Origin: Myxococcota bacterium
GTDB taxonomy: Bacteria > Myxococcota_A > UBA9160 > UBA6930
Length of the DNA stretch: 64,000 nt
Direction: 5' to 3'
Assembly: GCA_965223415.1 (NCBI GenBank)
Contig: OZ245002.1
Location: 4,224,001-4,288,000, forward strand
The notes below the pieces were generated by a model. That model did no database searches and was not told where the DNA came from. It saw nothing but the letters and a program-made list of their open reading frames with translations. The number at the start of each line of letters is the position of its first letter. Position 1 is the stretch's first letter. Of this stretch, positions 36,836 through 46,843 are shown piece by piece. The position numbers were made by a program, and so were the translations under genes.

Positions 36836-38689
36836 ATGCAACCCGAAGACAGCCCCGGACCTGCGGCCCCGCGGCTCCGCGGTGGTGCCCTCGACAGGTG
36901 GATCGCCGCTGGCCTGGTCCTGTTCTCCCTGCTCTTCTACGTGCGTGTCGTCGACTTCGACTTCGTCGACTTCGATGATCGGACCGTCCTGCTGGGCCAT
37001 CCCAACCTCTACGGGACGGAGGGCCCCTTCACCGACAACCTGCGCGAGATCTTCGTCGACTACTTCCCGCGCGAGGAGCCGCTGGTCGTCCGCGACGTCA
37101 GCTGGGCCGTCGACGCGCGCCTGTTCGGCTTCGAGGAGGCGCGGGGCTACCACCTCGGAAACGTCGTGCTCAACGCGCTTGCCGTGGGCCTCCTCTTCCT
37201 GTTCCTGCGTTCGGTCACCGATCGCGCCGTGGCCGGCTGGGCGGCGCTGGCGTTCGCAGTCGCACCGATCCACGTCGAGGCCGTCGCCTGGATCATGGGC
37301 CGCAAGGACATGCTCGCCGCCTGCTTCGGGCTGGCCGCCCTGGTCGCCCAGAGCAGGGAGCTGCGGACGGAGCGTCCGGGACGTCGCTGGGGCTGGTGGG
37401 CGCTGGGCTTCGTCTGCTGCGGGCTCGCCCTGGGCTCGAAGATCAGCGCCGTCGCCATCGTCCTCGCGTTGGCCCTGCACCGCCTGTTCCTCCAGTACCT
37501 GGAGAGGGGCGCGGATCCCACTGCATCCGTCGATGCGCGAGCCGCGCTGGGCAGGCTGCCGGCGCTCGTCCCCCACCTCGTGCTCACGATCCTGGTGTTC
37601 GCGTGGTACAGCCGAACGCTCTCCGAGTGGGGCGTCCTCCGCTCCCACGGCCCCGGGCCCCTCGACCCGGTCCACCTCGGGCACGTCGTTCGCTTCCTCC
37701 CCCTGATCGCGGGGGAGTACCTGACCCACCTCGCCTGGCCCGGCGAGCTCTCGATGTTCTACCGCTGGCCCCATGTGGAGGTCCCGCTCACGACCGCCGA
37801 GCTCCTCGCGTCGGCGGCCTGGGCCTTCGCCGGGTGCGCATTCCTCGGCGGCGTGCTCCGACGGCGTCGGGATCTGGCGTTCTTCGCGCTGCTCGCCCTG
37901 GCATGGATGGCCCCGTACACCGGTCTCTTCTACGTCGGCTTCTGGCATGCCGATCGCTATTTCTACGTGGCCTCGGCCGGAGTCCTGGTCATTGCCGCGA
38001 TCATCGTGCGCGACGTGGCCCGCAGCGTGCCTCGCGCGCGGCCGGCTCTCGCCGTCCTCGTGGCGGCGTTCCTGATCTCCAGTGCGGCCCAGGCCTGGCG
38101 CCAGCAGGAGGTCTGGCGGGACAACGAGAGCCTCTGGACCTACGAGGCGCACCGTGAGAACCCCTCCCTGCTCTCGATCCAGGCGCTCGCGAAGCACTAC
38201 GTCCGCCTCGCGGAGGCCGAGGCCGATCCGGTGCGCCGGGCCGCCCTGGTCGGGCAGGCGGAGGGCCTCGTCGAGCGGGGCATCGCCCACGAGGCGGCCA
38301 TGAGTCGGGTTCCCGGGCCCTACCACGTGGCCGAGCAGAAGCACCTCGCCCGTCTCCACGTCCTCCGCGGGCGGCTGGCGGCCCTCCGCGGGGCGCCTCC
38401 CCACGTCCAGGCCCGGCACTACCGCATCGCCTTCGACCTCGCGCCGGAGCGCCTCTCGGCGATCTTCCTGTCCCGGAGCCTGTTCCGATCCGCTGCCCAC
38501 GTCGCACCGGGGGAGCAAAGGCCGCTCGTCGAGGCTTCCTTCGACTACTTCGTGCACTACCTGGAGTATTCCGCCAACGACCCGCAGTGGCTCGAGCAGG
38601 GTCGGAGGCTGCTCGAGTTCAACTACGGCGAGCGCTTCCCCTACCTGCAGGCCCGGGTGGAACGGGTTCGGGAGACGATGTTCCCGTGA
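36836..38689 (+). CDS. TMTC-like GT-C membrane glycosyltransferase with helical C-terminal domain
   Basis: FVDFDD, YHLGNVVL, FAVAPIHVEAVAWIMGRKD, ADRYFY, VWRDNESLW. Confidence 0.75.
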   Translation: MQPEDSPGPAAPRLRGGALDRWIAAGLVLFSLLFYVRVVDFDFVDFDDRTVLLGHPNLYGTEGPFTDNLREIFVDYFPREEPLVVRDVSWAVDARLFGFEEARGYHLGNVVLNALAVGLLFLFLRSVTDRAVAGWAALAFAVAPIHVEAVAWIMGRKDMLAACFGLAALVAQSRELRTERPGRRWGWWALGFVCCGLALGSKISAVAIVLALALHRLFLQYLERGADPTASVDARAALGRLPALVPHLVLTILVFAWYSRTLSEWGVLRSHGPGPLDPVHLGHVVRFLPLIAGEYLTHLAWPGELSMFYRWPHVEVPLTTAELLASAAWAFAGCAFLGGVLRRRRDLAFFALLALAWMAPYTGLFYVGFWHADRYFYVASAGVLVIAAIIVRDVARSVPRARPALAVLVAAFLISSAAQAWRQQEVWRDNESLWTYEAHRENPSLLSIQALAKHYVRLAEAEADPVRRAALVGQAEGLVERGIAHEAAMSRVPGPYHVAEQKHLARLHVLRGRLAALRGAPPHVQARHYRIAFDLAPERLSAIFLSRSLFRSAAHVAPGEQRPLVEASFDYFVHYLEYSANDPQWLEQGRRLLEFNYGERFPYLQARVERVRETMFP

Positions 38690-39318
38690 CTGCCCACGAC
38701 TACCGAGGTGCCTATCCGTTCCACGCCGCCCGGCGCACGGTGTGGCGGGAGATCGTCCGCTACGTGCGACGGCACGCCGGCGCGGTGGAGACGCTGGTCG
38801 AGCTGGGCTCCGGCTACTGCGACTTCGTGAACCAGTTCCCCGCCAAGCGGAAGCTGGCGTTCGATCTCAATCCGGAGATGGAGGCCCTCGCTGCCGACGA
38901 CGTGGACTGGAGGTGCGCGGACGCCCGGGAGATCGCGAAGCTGCCCCCGGCTTCCGTCGACCTGGTGTTCGCCAGCAACTTCCTCGAGCATCTCGAGGGC
39001 GACGCCGTCGACGAGCTGCTCGAGGGCGTTCACAGCGCCCTGCGACCCGGCGGCCGCCTGGTCCTCATCCAGCCGAACCACCGTCGCTGCGCGGAGCGCT
39101 ATTTCGACGATCCCACCCACGTCACGGTCTTCGACGACGCCAACATCGCGACGTGGCTCGAGCGAGCCGGCTTCCGCACCCTCCGGGTGGATCCGGGGCT
39201 GCTCCCCTTCTCGATGAAGAGCCGCGCACCGAAGTGGCCGTTCCTCGTGCGTCTCTACCTGAACGCGCCCCTTCGCCCGTTCGCCGCCCAGATGTACGTC
39301 GTCGCGGAGCGAGCCTGA
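38686..39318 (+). CDS. Class I SAM-dependent methyltransferase
   Basis: VELGSG, ASNFLEHL, LRPGG; GTGA overlap with upstream gene. Confidence 0.88.
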   Translation: MTAHDYRGAYPFHAARRTVWREIVRYVRRHAGAVETLVELGSGYCDFVNQFPAKRKLAFDLNPEMEALAADDVDWRCADAREIAKLPPASVDLVFASNFLEHLEGDAVDELLEGVHSALRPGGRLVLIQPNHRRCAERYFDDPTHVTVFDDANIATWLERAGFRTLRVDPGLLPFSMKSRAPKWPFLVRLYLNAPLRPFAAQMYVVAERA

Positions 39319-40133
39319 TGTGGCACGGCCAGACCGTCTCCGTCGTTCTGCCGACCTACAACGAGCGCGACTCGATCCGGGCCTCGATCCGCGAGCTCGA
39401 GGCGACCGGCGTCGTCGACGAGATCATCGTCGTCAACAACAACGCGGCGCCCGGGACGAGCGAAGAAGTGGAGCCGACCAGTGCCCGGGAGGTACTGGAG
39501 CCCGAGCAGGGCTACGGCGCCGCCATCCGGCGCGGCTTCCAAGAAGCCACCGGCGATCTCGTGATCGTCAGCGAGCCCGACGGGACCTTCCGCGGCCGCG
39601 ACGTCTTCAAGCTGCTCGCCTACGCCCAGGACTTCGATGTCGTCTACGGAAGCCGGACCGTGAAGGAGCTGATCTGGGAAGGCGCCAACATGGGCCTCTT
39701 CCTGAAGTGGGGCAACTGGGCCGTCGCCAAGCTCGTCGAGTTCCTGTTCAACACCACATCCCTGACCGACGTGGGCTGCACGATGCGCTGCATCCGCCGG
39801 GACGCCCTCCAGCGCGTCGAGCCCCACTTCACCGTCTCCGGCTCGTTCTTCGGCCCGGAGATGCTGGTCCTCACCATCCTCCATCACCTGCGCGTGATCC
39901 AGATCCCGGTGAACTACACGGAGCGCGTCGGCACCTCTTCGGTGACCGGCAACAAGTGGGTCGCGTTCGGCCTGGGGCTGCGGATGATCCGACTGGTGCT
40001 GTCGTATCGGGTTCGGAGCTGGCTGCGCCCCGGGTCTTTGGGGGTGGTGCCGGACGCGGACGCGCTGCCCTTGCCGCGGGTGGATCTGGTCCTGGAGGTC
40101 GAGGACGAGAAGGACGACACGCTCTCGAGCTGA
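39318..40133 (+). CDS. Glycosyltransferase family 2 (polyprenol-phosphate sugar synthase-like)
   Basis: SVVLPTYNE, GYGAAIRRG, EPDGT (DxD variant), YGSR, LTDVGC, PVNYTER. Confidence 0.9.
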   Translation: MWHGQTVSVVLPTYNERDSIRASIRELEATGVVDEIIVVNNNAAPGTSEEVEPTSAREVLEPEQGYGAAIRRGFQEATGDLVIVSEPDGTFRGRDVFKLLAYAQDFDVVYGSRTVKELIWEGANMGLFLKWGNWAVAKLVEFLFNTTSLTDVGCTMRCIRRDALQRVEPHFTVSGSFFGPEMLVLTILHHLRVIQIPVNYTERVGTSSVTGNKWVAFGLGLRMIRLVLSYRVRSWLRPGSLGVVPDADALPLPRVDLVLEVEDEKDDTLSS

Positions 40134-40187
40134 GGGGGCTGTGGGGCGCGCTCGAGAGCTCGCGAATCGAACCAAGAACCCGCCGGG

Positions 40188-41432
40188 CTACCCCTCGGGC
40201 AACATCCCCAACACCACCTGTCCGACGTACTCCCGTGCCTCCGTCGGCGAGTAGGGCTGCATGAAGGGCCCGGCCCGCACGTCGCGGTACAAGCGCGCGA
40301 GAGGGTGCGCGCTCATGTACGCGCCGCCGCCCGCAACGTCCATCGCACGGTCGACGACCTCGATCGCAGCCCGGTTGACGATCCACTTCGCCGCTTGATA
40401 ATCGGCCATCGCTGCGTGGGCGTCTTCGAGGGAGAGCGGGTCCGGGCCCGCGCGGGCGAGGCGCGCGTCGAGGGCGTGGCCGGCGGCGGCGAGGGCGGCG
40501 CGGCATCCTGCGAGGCTGATCTCCATCTCCCCCACGCGGTGCTGCACTCCCGGGAGGCGCGCGATGGGGCCGTCGACCTTGGTCTTGGTCTGGGTGCAGG
40601 CGGCCTCGCGGGCGGCTTCGGCGGAGGCTTCGGCGATGCCGAGGAAGGCGCCGAGCAGGGTCTGGTTCGCGAGGGTGCGGCCCATCAGGAGGCCGGGACT
40701 CCAGCGGCCCCACTCGCCCGCGATCTGCAGGGACGCGGCGGGGACGCGGCAGTCCCGCAGGCGGATCGACTGGCTGCCGGACGAGCGCATGCCGAGGGCG
40801 TCCCAGTCGTCCTGGGGCTCGAGGCCCGGGGTGCTCGCTGGGACGAAGGCGAAGCCGATCCGGTCCGGGCCGCCTTCCGGGTCGGGTACCCGCACGTTCA
40901 TGGCGAAGAGCTGGGCGGCCGGAGAGAGCGTGACGAAGATCTTGTGTCCGTCGATGCGGGCGACGTCGCCGTCCAGGGTCGCGGTGGTGTGCGGGCGCAG
41001 GAAGTCGGTGCCCGGCTCGGTCGCAGTCGCGCAGATGACGAGCTCGCCCGCGGCGATCGCCCGCAGCAGGCCTGCGGAGGAGGCTTCGCCTGCCGCGTCG
41101 CCCTCGCGCCGCGCCGCCTCCCAACGCTGGACCAGTGCCCGGCTGGTGCCCATGTGCATGTTGACGGCGATGGCCGTCGATCCCTCGCCGCGGCCCAGGC
41201 GCGAGAGACCCACGGCCCAGTCATGGATGGAGCTGACACCCAGGCCGCCCAGCGCTTCGGGAACCATTGCGCCGAGCAGACCCGCTTCGCGCAGAGCGCC
41301 GACGTTCTCCTGCGGGAAGCGGCCCTCGCGGTCGGCGTCGGCGGCCCGCTCGGCAAGCAGGGGGACGAGTGCTTCGGCGCGGCGGACGAACTCCGCGCCT
41401 TGGGGGGTCGAGGGCTCGAGTCGGAACGGCAT
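40188..41432 (-). CDS. Acyl-CoA dehydrogenase family flavoprotein
   Basis: VPEALGGLG, IDGHKIFVT, WDALGMRSSGS, LARLYRDVRAG. Confidence 0.9.
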   Translation of the reverse strand: MPFRLEPSTPQGAEFVRRAEALVPLLAERAADADREGRFPQENVGALREAGLLGAMVPEALGGLGVSSIHDWAVGLSRLGRGEGSTAIAVNMHMGTSRALVQRWEAARREGDAAGEASSAGLLRAIAAGELVICATATEPGTDFLRPHTTATLDGDVARIDGHKIFVTLSPAAQLFAMNVRVPDPEGGPDRIGFAFVPASTPGLEPQDDWDALGMRSSGSQSIRLRDCRVPAASLQIAGEWGRWSPGLLMGRTLANQTLLGAFLGIAEASAEAAREAACTQTKTKVDGPIARLPGVQHRVGEMEISLAGCRAALAAAGHALDARLARAGPDPLSLEDAHAAMADYQAAKWIVNRAAIEVVDRAMDVAGGGAYMSAHPLARLYRDVRAGPFMQPYSPTEAREYVGQVVLGMLPEG

Positions 41433-41491
41433 GGCGCGAGCATACGCCAGCGATGCAGCTGGGCTGCCACCCTGCGCACGCCGACCCTGCC

Positions 41492-41608
41492 GTGAGCCAA
41501 CTGCTTCCCGACCCCAGCTCCCTGACGCCGCGCCAGCGCCAGATCCTGGAGCTGGCAGCGAAGGGGCTCACCAACCCGGAGATCGCGGCGTCCCGGGCGG
41601 AGAGGTGA
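41492..41608 (+). pseudogene. Truncated LuxR-type HTH fragment
   Basis: LTPRQRQILELAAKGLTNPEIAA followed by a stop before the recognition helix. Confidence 0.6.
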
Positions 41609-41612
41609 GGCG

Positions 41613-42832
41613 TCAAGGGGACGTCGGGCGCAATCGGGCCAGCGGCAGCTTGCTGCGCATGGCCACGCGGCGGGTGGCCCAGAAGAAGGTCGCGGCCAGG
41701 AGCGGCCCCGACAGCCCCGCGAGCACCAGCAGCCATGCACCGACGCCTTCCGTGCGCGTGGCGTTCCAGGTGGCGAACTGCAGCAGGGTGAGCGCCGCGT
41801 CGAAGGTGGTGAGGCCCACCAGGAGGCTGGCGAGCCACGGCCGCCAGCGCTGCACTAGCGTGAAGAGCAGCACGATCAGCATGACGTCGAAGGCCGTCCA
41901 GGCCATCTGCACGGCCCGCGACGGAAACCAAACCCCCTCCGGCGCCAGGGCGATGGCGATCGTCCAGGGCACGAGCAGGGCCGCGAGCACGAAGGTCGCG
42001 AGACTGCGCTCGTGCACCAGCGTGCTGAGGCCGAAGCGCAGCAGTCCGCCGGGGGCGAAGGCGGTGAGCACGTCGCGGATGGCCCATAGGCCCAGGTGCT
42101 CGCGTGGGTACGCCAGGTAGACCGGCTCCCAGCGCTGGGGCCGGAGCTTCTCCTTGAACGCGCGCACACCCCCGAAGTTGTAGAGGGCGGCCGTGTAGTC
42201 GCGGGTGAGTCGCAGGGCCGTGTTCACCTCGCCGGCCAGGGGCGCGAGACCGAGGGTGGCGGTCCGGCTGCCCTCGGCCGCGAGGACGCGCATCATCGCG
42301 TCGACCAGGCTCTCGGCCGTGCCGTTCGGAGCCTCGGGATCGCGGATCACGTCCTCGACGAACCAGCCGCCGAGGCCGTAGATCGGCACCGCGGCGGCGA
42401 AGCCCAGCACCCGGCCCTCGCGCTCCGCCACCACGTAGCGCCGCTCTTCCGGATGGCCGAAGGGATGGACGAGCACGAGGAACTTCATCTCGCTCATGCT
42501 GTGGGAGGCGAGCCAGCGCGCGATCAGCGCCTCGATCCCCCGGCGGACGTCACTCCCGGTGTCGCCGATCTCGTCCGCCTCCACCGGGCGGAGGACGAGG
42601 CCCTTGGCGCGCCCGCGGCGACCCATGCTCGACCGGTATCGGCGTAGGCGACGCAAGCGTCGTCCCCGTCGAACCAGTAGCGGTAGCCGGGCTCCAGGAT
42701 CTGGAACGAGGTCGTGTGTCGGCTGTGGCGTTTCAGGAGTGCGAGGACCCGGTCCTCTGTCTCCGCCGACGCCGATGCCGGGCCCCGGGTCTCCACCTTC
42801 ACCGATGCGAGGACCTGGTCCCCGGTTTCCAC
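41613..42832 (-). pseudogene. DUF2156 / MprF C-terminal-like aminoacyltransferase, frameshifted, probable internal deletion
   Basis: N-part TTSFQILEPGYRYWF...WVAAGAP in one frame; C-part RAKG...RDPEAPNGTAESL...LGLAPL...YNFGGVRAFKEKLRPQRWEPVYL in another; frames switch near 42605-42620. Confidence 0.75.
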
Positions 42833-42834
42833 CT

Positions 42835-45800
42835 TCAGCCGTTCCGCACGCTCTCGAGCAGCTTCTTCACGTCGGCGGGGGCCAGGGGTACGTAGGCCTC
42901 CTCCTCCGGGGCCCACCACAGGGTCGTGCCGTCGGCATCGAGCCCGAGGCCCTGCTCGCGCAGCGGACGTTTGCGGACGCGCCGGCCGGCCGTCATGGGC
43001 AGCTCGTCCAGCACGCGCACGACCCAGGGCCGGTGCGGGGCCACGAGGCGCCCCTGCACCTTGCGGCGCAAGAGCCCCGGGTCGCACGCCGCGCCGTCGC
43101 GCAGGGTGAGCGCCGCTGCGGGGATCTCGTACTCGAGCTCCGGCAGCCGGATGCCGTAGACCGCCGCCAGGTCGACGAAGTCGAGCTCGGCGGTGAGGAC
43201 GTCCTCCACCGGGATCGTCGGCACCGCGCCGAAGCGCCCGTGGATCAGGTTCGCCACGCTGTCGACGAGCCAGAAGTCGCCGTCCTTGTCGACGCGGACC
43301 AGGTCGCCGGTGTCGAGCCAGGCGTCGTTCGCGTCGAAGACGCCGCGCAGCGGGCGGCCCACCACCTCACCGCGGCCGCGGTCGACCTTGGCGAGCAGAA
43401 GGCCGATCTCTCCCTTCGGCGCTTGGCGGGCGAAGCCGCTCGCCTCCTGGAGGAGCTCACCGGCCTCCAGCTCCCAGGACGCCACGGCGAGCTCGGCGCC
43501 CCCCGGCAGGGGCCGGCCGACCGAGCCGGACTTGCGACCCGTCAGGTTCACGAGCACCGCGTTGCCTTCACTGGAGGCGTAGAACTCGACGACCCGCGCC
43601 CGCGGGAAACGGGCCATGAGCCGCTTCCACAGCCCCTTCGGCATGCCGCTTCCCGCGAAGAGCTGGATCGGTGAGTGCCGCTCGGCCGGGTGCTCGGGGC
43701 CGGCCACCAGGGCGCGGAGCATCGCTCCGCTGTAGCCCACGACGTTCACGCCGTAGCGCCGCACGTCGTCCCAGAAGCGCTCCACGTCGAAGTCCTCTGC
43801 CCGGGAGGGCGTGGCCATGGCCAGGCGGGCTCCGCTGACGAGGGCCCCGCCCACGCACACCAGGATGCCGGTGGGGTGGTGGGTGGGAGAGATGCAGTAG
43901 ACCGTGTCCCCCGAGCCGAGGGTGCAGGCCGAGGCGGTGCCGTAGGCGGAGGTGGCCCAGCGTCGGTTGGACACACGGCTCGTGCCGACGCGCTCGGCGT
44001 CGCCGGTGACGAGCACCAGGGCCAGCTCGCCGGCCATCCCCGAGTCGGGCTCGTACCAGTCGGGCAGCACCACCCGATCCGGGTCGATGGCCTCCATGTC
44101 GACCAGGCCCGGTCCGAGGCTGCGGGGCTCGCCGCCGCCGCCCAGCACGAGTACCTCGCGGCCCGTCGCCTCGCGGGCGGCGGCCGCATGCTCTGGGTCG
44201 GCCAGCAGGTGATCGACCGGGGCGACCCCGAGCTGCGGGCCCGGCGGAAGGTCCGGGCGCAGGAGCACGGCCACGGCGCCGAGCCGGGAGAGGGCGACGG
44301 TGGCGGCGACGGCGCTCGGGCGCGTGGTCATCAGCACGCCCACGTGCTGCCCCTGACGCACGCCACACTCGAGGAAGCCGCGCACCACGTTGTCGATGCG
44401 GGTGTTCGCGTCCCGGAAGCTGTGGGCGCGTCCCTCGAACAGGAAGAAGGTGTCGTCCGGATTCTCGTCGGCGCGCTCGCTCAGGGCCCGCGCCATGCTC
44501 ACGGCGCTGTCGCGGCGCAGCTCGTCCAGCCGGCCGAGGCGCGGGATCTGCGGGAAGATCGCCTCCGTCGCCCGGCCGAGCAGACCGAAGCGGCTGCCGA
44601 GCAGCTCCGGCAGCTCGCCCAGCAGATCGCGGCCGAGGCTGAGGGCGAGGCCCACGCCATCGGTCACGTCGTCGAAGGCGCTGCGTCGGGGCTCCCGCTC
44701 GCGCGGCGACTCCATCGACTCCACGAGGTCCGGCCGCGGTCCGCGGCCCTCCTGCCACTCGAGCCAGGCGAGCACCACCGGCCAGGTGACCTCTACCGAG
44801 CGTGAGCCCACCACGAGGCCGAAGTGGCCCGCCTGCAGCTTGGTCTCGTAGACCTCAGCCCGGGGCGCGGCGGGGATGATCCCTCGCACCGTCCGCGCCG
44901 GTGCGAGGGAATCGGTGGCGCCGGTGAAGGCCAGGATCGGGCAGGCGAGGCGGGCGAGGGTGACTGTGCGCCCGTCGATCACGAAGCCTCCCTGCAGCAG
45001 GCGGTTGTGGGAGACGAGCTGCTGGATCACGTCCTGGAGCGCCGGGCCCGGGAAGGCGACCCAGCCTTCCCGATCGAGGAAGCGCCGCATGCCCTCGCGC
45101 TCGAGGAGTGCCTCGCGGTCCGCGAGCTGGCGGGCGAAGTCGATGCGCTGCTGGACGGTCTTTACCGGGTCCATCAGCTGGAAGCCCAGACGCGTCGCCC
45201 AGGAGGGGATGCCGTCCGGGAAGAGCGAGCTCTGGAGCCGGCCCACGCCTTCGATCAGGTCGGCCAGGAAGTCCGTCGGCAGGGCCGACGGAAGATTCTC
45301 GTGCAGGTCGACCGGGCTCCCGAAGGTGACGAGGGAGGCGATGCCCGGCTCGGCGTCGTCGGCCGCGCAGCGGTAGGCCGCCGCCTGGTAGCAGAACATC
45401 CCGCCCTGGGAGTAGCCCATCAGGTGGACGTCGCGGCCGGTCGCCGCCCGCACGGTGTCGACCGCGAGGCTCACCGCCACGACGTGGTCGGTGAGCGTGC
45501 GCTCGAGCCCGCCTTCCTCGGCCTCGGGAGAGCCGAAGTCCACGACCCACGGGTCCGCGCCCCCCTCGTGGAGCAGGCGAACCGCGCTCGATTCCGGGGC
45601 CACGTCCCAGACCTCGGCGCTGAGCATCAGCGGCGGGACCAGGAGCACCGCCGGGCCGGCGTCCGCCCGCGGATCCGGGAAGTAGTGACGCAGGCGGTGA
45701 TGGCGCTCCTCGGCCGCCACGTCGTAGGGCGCCGGGTCGGGCTCGCCCAGGCCGCCGAAGCGGGCGATCTCGATGCCGTTGCGGACGGCGGCCACCAGTT

Positions 45801-45855
45801 GGCCCAGCACGCCGCCGGCCTGGGCCTCGCGGCGCTCTCCCTTCGACTCCGCCAT
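42835..45855 (-). CDS. Bifunctional alpha/beta-hydrolase (PhaC-like fold) plus acyl-CoA synthetase-like protein (Rv1683-like)
   Basis: LLVPPLMLSAEVWD, GYSQGG nucleophile elbow, GHFGLVVGS; C-terminal adenylation-like EFYASSEG, DTGDLV. Confidence 0.85.
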   Translation of the reverse strand: MAESKGERREAQAGGVLGQLVAAVRNGIEIARFGGLGEPDPAPYDVAAEERHHRLRHYFPDPRADAGPAVLLVPPLMLSAEVWDVAPESSAVRLLHEGGADPWVVDFGSPEAEEGGLERTLTDHVVAVSLAVDTVRAATGRDVHLMGYSQGGMFCYQAAAYRCAADDAEPGIASLVTFGSPVDLHENLPSALPTDFLADLIEGVGRLQSSLFPDGIPSWATRLGFQLMDPVKTVQQRIDFARQLADREALLEREGMRRFLDREGWVAFPGPALQDVIQQLVSHNRLLQGGFVIDGRTVTLARLACPILAFTGATDSLAPARTVRGIIPAAPRAEVYETKLQAGHFGLVVGSRSVEVTWPVVLAWLEWQEGRGPRPDLVESMESPREREPRRSAFDDVTDGVGLALSLGRDLLGELPELLGSRFGLLGRATEAIFPQIPRLGRLDELRRDSAVSMARALSERADENPDDTFFLFEGRAHSFRDANTRIDNVVRGFLECGVRQGQHVGVLMTTRPSAVAATVALSRLGAVAVLLRPDLPPGPQLGVAPVDHLLADPEHAAAAREATGREVLVLGGGGEPRSLGPGLVDMEAIDPDRVVLPDWYEPDSGMAGELALVLVTGDAERVGTSRVSNRRWATSAYGTASACTLGSGDTVYCISPTHHPTGILVCVGGALVSGARLAMATPSRAEDFDVERFWDDVRRYGVNVVGYSGAMLRALVAGPEHPAERHSPIQLFAGSGMPKGLWKRLMARFPRARVVEFYASSEGNAVLVNLTGRKSGSVGRPLPGGAELAVASWELEAGELLQEASGFARQAPKGEIGLLLAKVDRGRGEVVGRPLRGVFDANDAWLDTGDLVRVDKDGDFWLVDSVANLIHGRFGAVPTIPVEDVLTAELDFVDLAAVYGIRLPELEYEIPAAALTLRDGAACDPGLLRRKVQGRLVAPHRPWVVRVLDELPMTAGRRVRKRPLREQGLGLDADGTTLWWAPEEEAYVPLAPADVKKLLESVRNG

Positions 45856-45929
45856 GGCCGGGAACCTCCTCGAACCGGGATCGTCCGTCACCCGGGCGGA
45901 CGACGCCAGCGGGGGGCTACCCTGACCGG

Positions 45930-46817
45930 ATGGCAGACGTCCCGCAACGCCGGGAGGGGCCCGAGGGCGGCTCCGGCTGGCTCCCGAGCCCCTTTCGGGG
46001 CCTCGAACGGGAGATTGGCGACCGCCTTGCCAAGGCGCCGATCCAGCTGAACGAGTTCGGCTTCGACCGCTTCGGCTTCGAGCCGGAGACGGCGCGGCGG
46101 CTGCTGCTCCCGGGGGCGTTGCTCTTCCGGAACTACTTCCGGGTCGAGACCTTCGACATCGAGCGGGTCCCGACCGGCCGCGTCCTGCTGGTCGGCAACC
46201 ACTCGGGCCAGTTCGCCTACGACGGCATGATGCTGGCGACCGCCATGCTGCTCGAGGCCGAGCCCCCGCGTCTCGTGCGCGGGATGGGAGAGTACTTCCT
46301 GTTCCGCATGCCCTGGGTGGGTCAGACCGCCGCCCGAATGGGGCAGATGGTCGGCACGCCGGAGAACTGCGTGGCGATGCTCGAGCAGGACGAGTGCGTG
46401 ATGGTCTTCCCGGAGGGGGCGGACGGCGCGAACAAGCCCTTTCGCGAGCGCTACCAGCTGCAGCGCTTCGGCACGGGCTTCATGCGGCTGGCGCTCCAGA
46501 CCGGCACGCCGATCGTGCCCGTCGGCATCATCGGCGCCGAGGAGCAGCAGCCCGGCTTCGCCAACCTCCGGGACCTCGGCCGGCGCTTCGACCTGCCGTC
46601 GCTGCCCATCACCATCAGCCAGCCCTGGTTCGGCCCGCTGGGCTCGATGTTCGCCCTCCCGACCAAGTACCGAATGTATTTCGGCGAGCCGCTCCACTTC
46701 GAGGGCCGCCCCAACGAGGAGGACGAAGACGTCGACCGCCGCGTCGACGTGGTCAAGGACGCCATGGGCGTGCTCCTCGAACGCGGCCTCGAAGAGCGGA
46801 CCGGCATCTTCAGTTGA
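45930..46817 (+). CDS. Lysophospholipid/glycerol acyltransferase family protein
   Basis: NEFGFDRFG, GNHSGQFAYD, FPEG, TPIVPVGIIGAEE. Confidence 0.9.
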   Translation: MADVPQRREGPEGGSGWLPSPFRGLEREIGDRLAKAPIQLNEFGFDRFGFEPETARRLLLPGALLFRNYFRVETFDIERVPTGRVLLVGNHSGQFAYDGMMLATAMLLEAEPPRLVRGMGEYFLFRMPWVGQTAARMGQMVGTPENCVAMLEQDECVMVFPEGADGANKPFRERYQLQRFGTGFMRLALQTGTPIVPVGIIGAEEQQPGFANLRDLGRRFDLPSLPITISQPWFGPLGSMFALPTKYRMYFGEPLHFEGRPNEEDEDVDRRVDVVKDAMGVLLERGLEERTGIFS

Positions 46818-46843
46818 GAAACGGGGCCGGAGGCCCCGTTTCT
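46812..46843. terminator. Short hairpin member of the AGAAACGGGGCC repeat family between convergent genes
   Basis: AGTTG-AGAAACGGGGCC-GGA-GGCCCCGTTTCT; first 17 nt identical to 29270-29286. Confidence 0.8.

Noticed and set aside
42783..42837. Imperfect 18-19 bp direct repeat (CCCCGG..TCCACCTTCA) at the 5' end of the DUF2156-like gene
   Set aside because: Only two copies; most likely a small local duplication that just makes the start codon ambiguous
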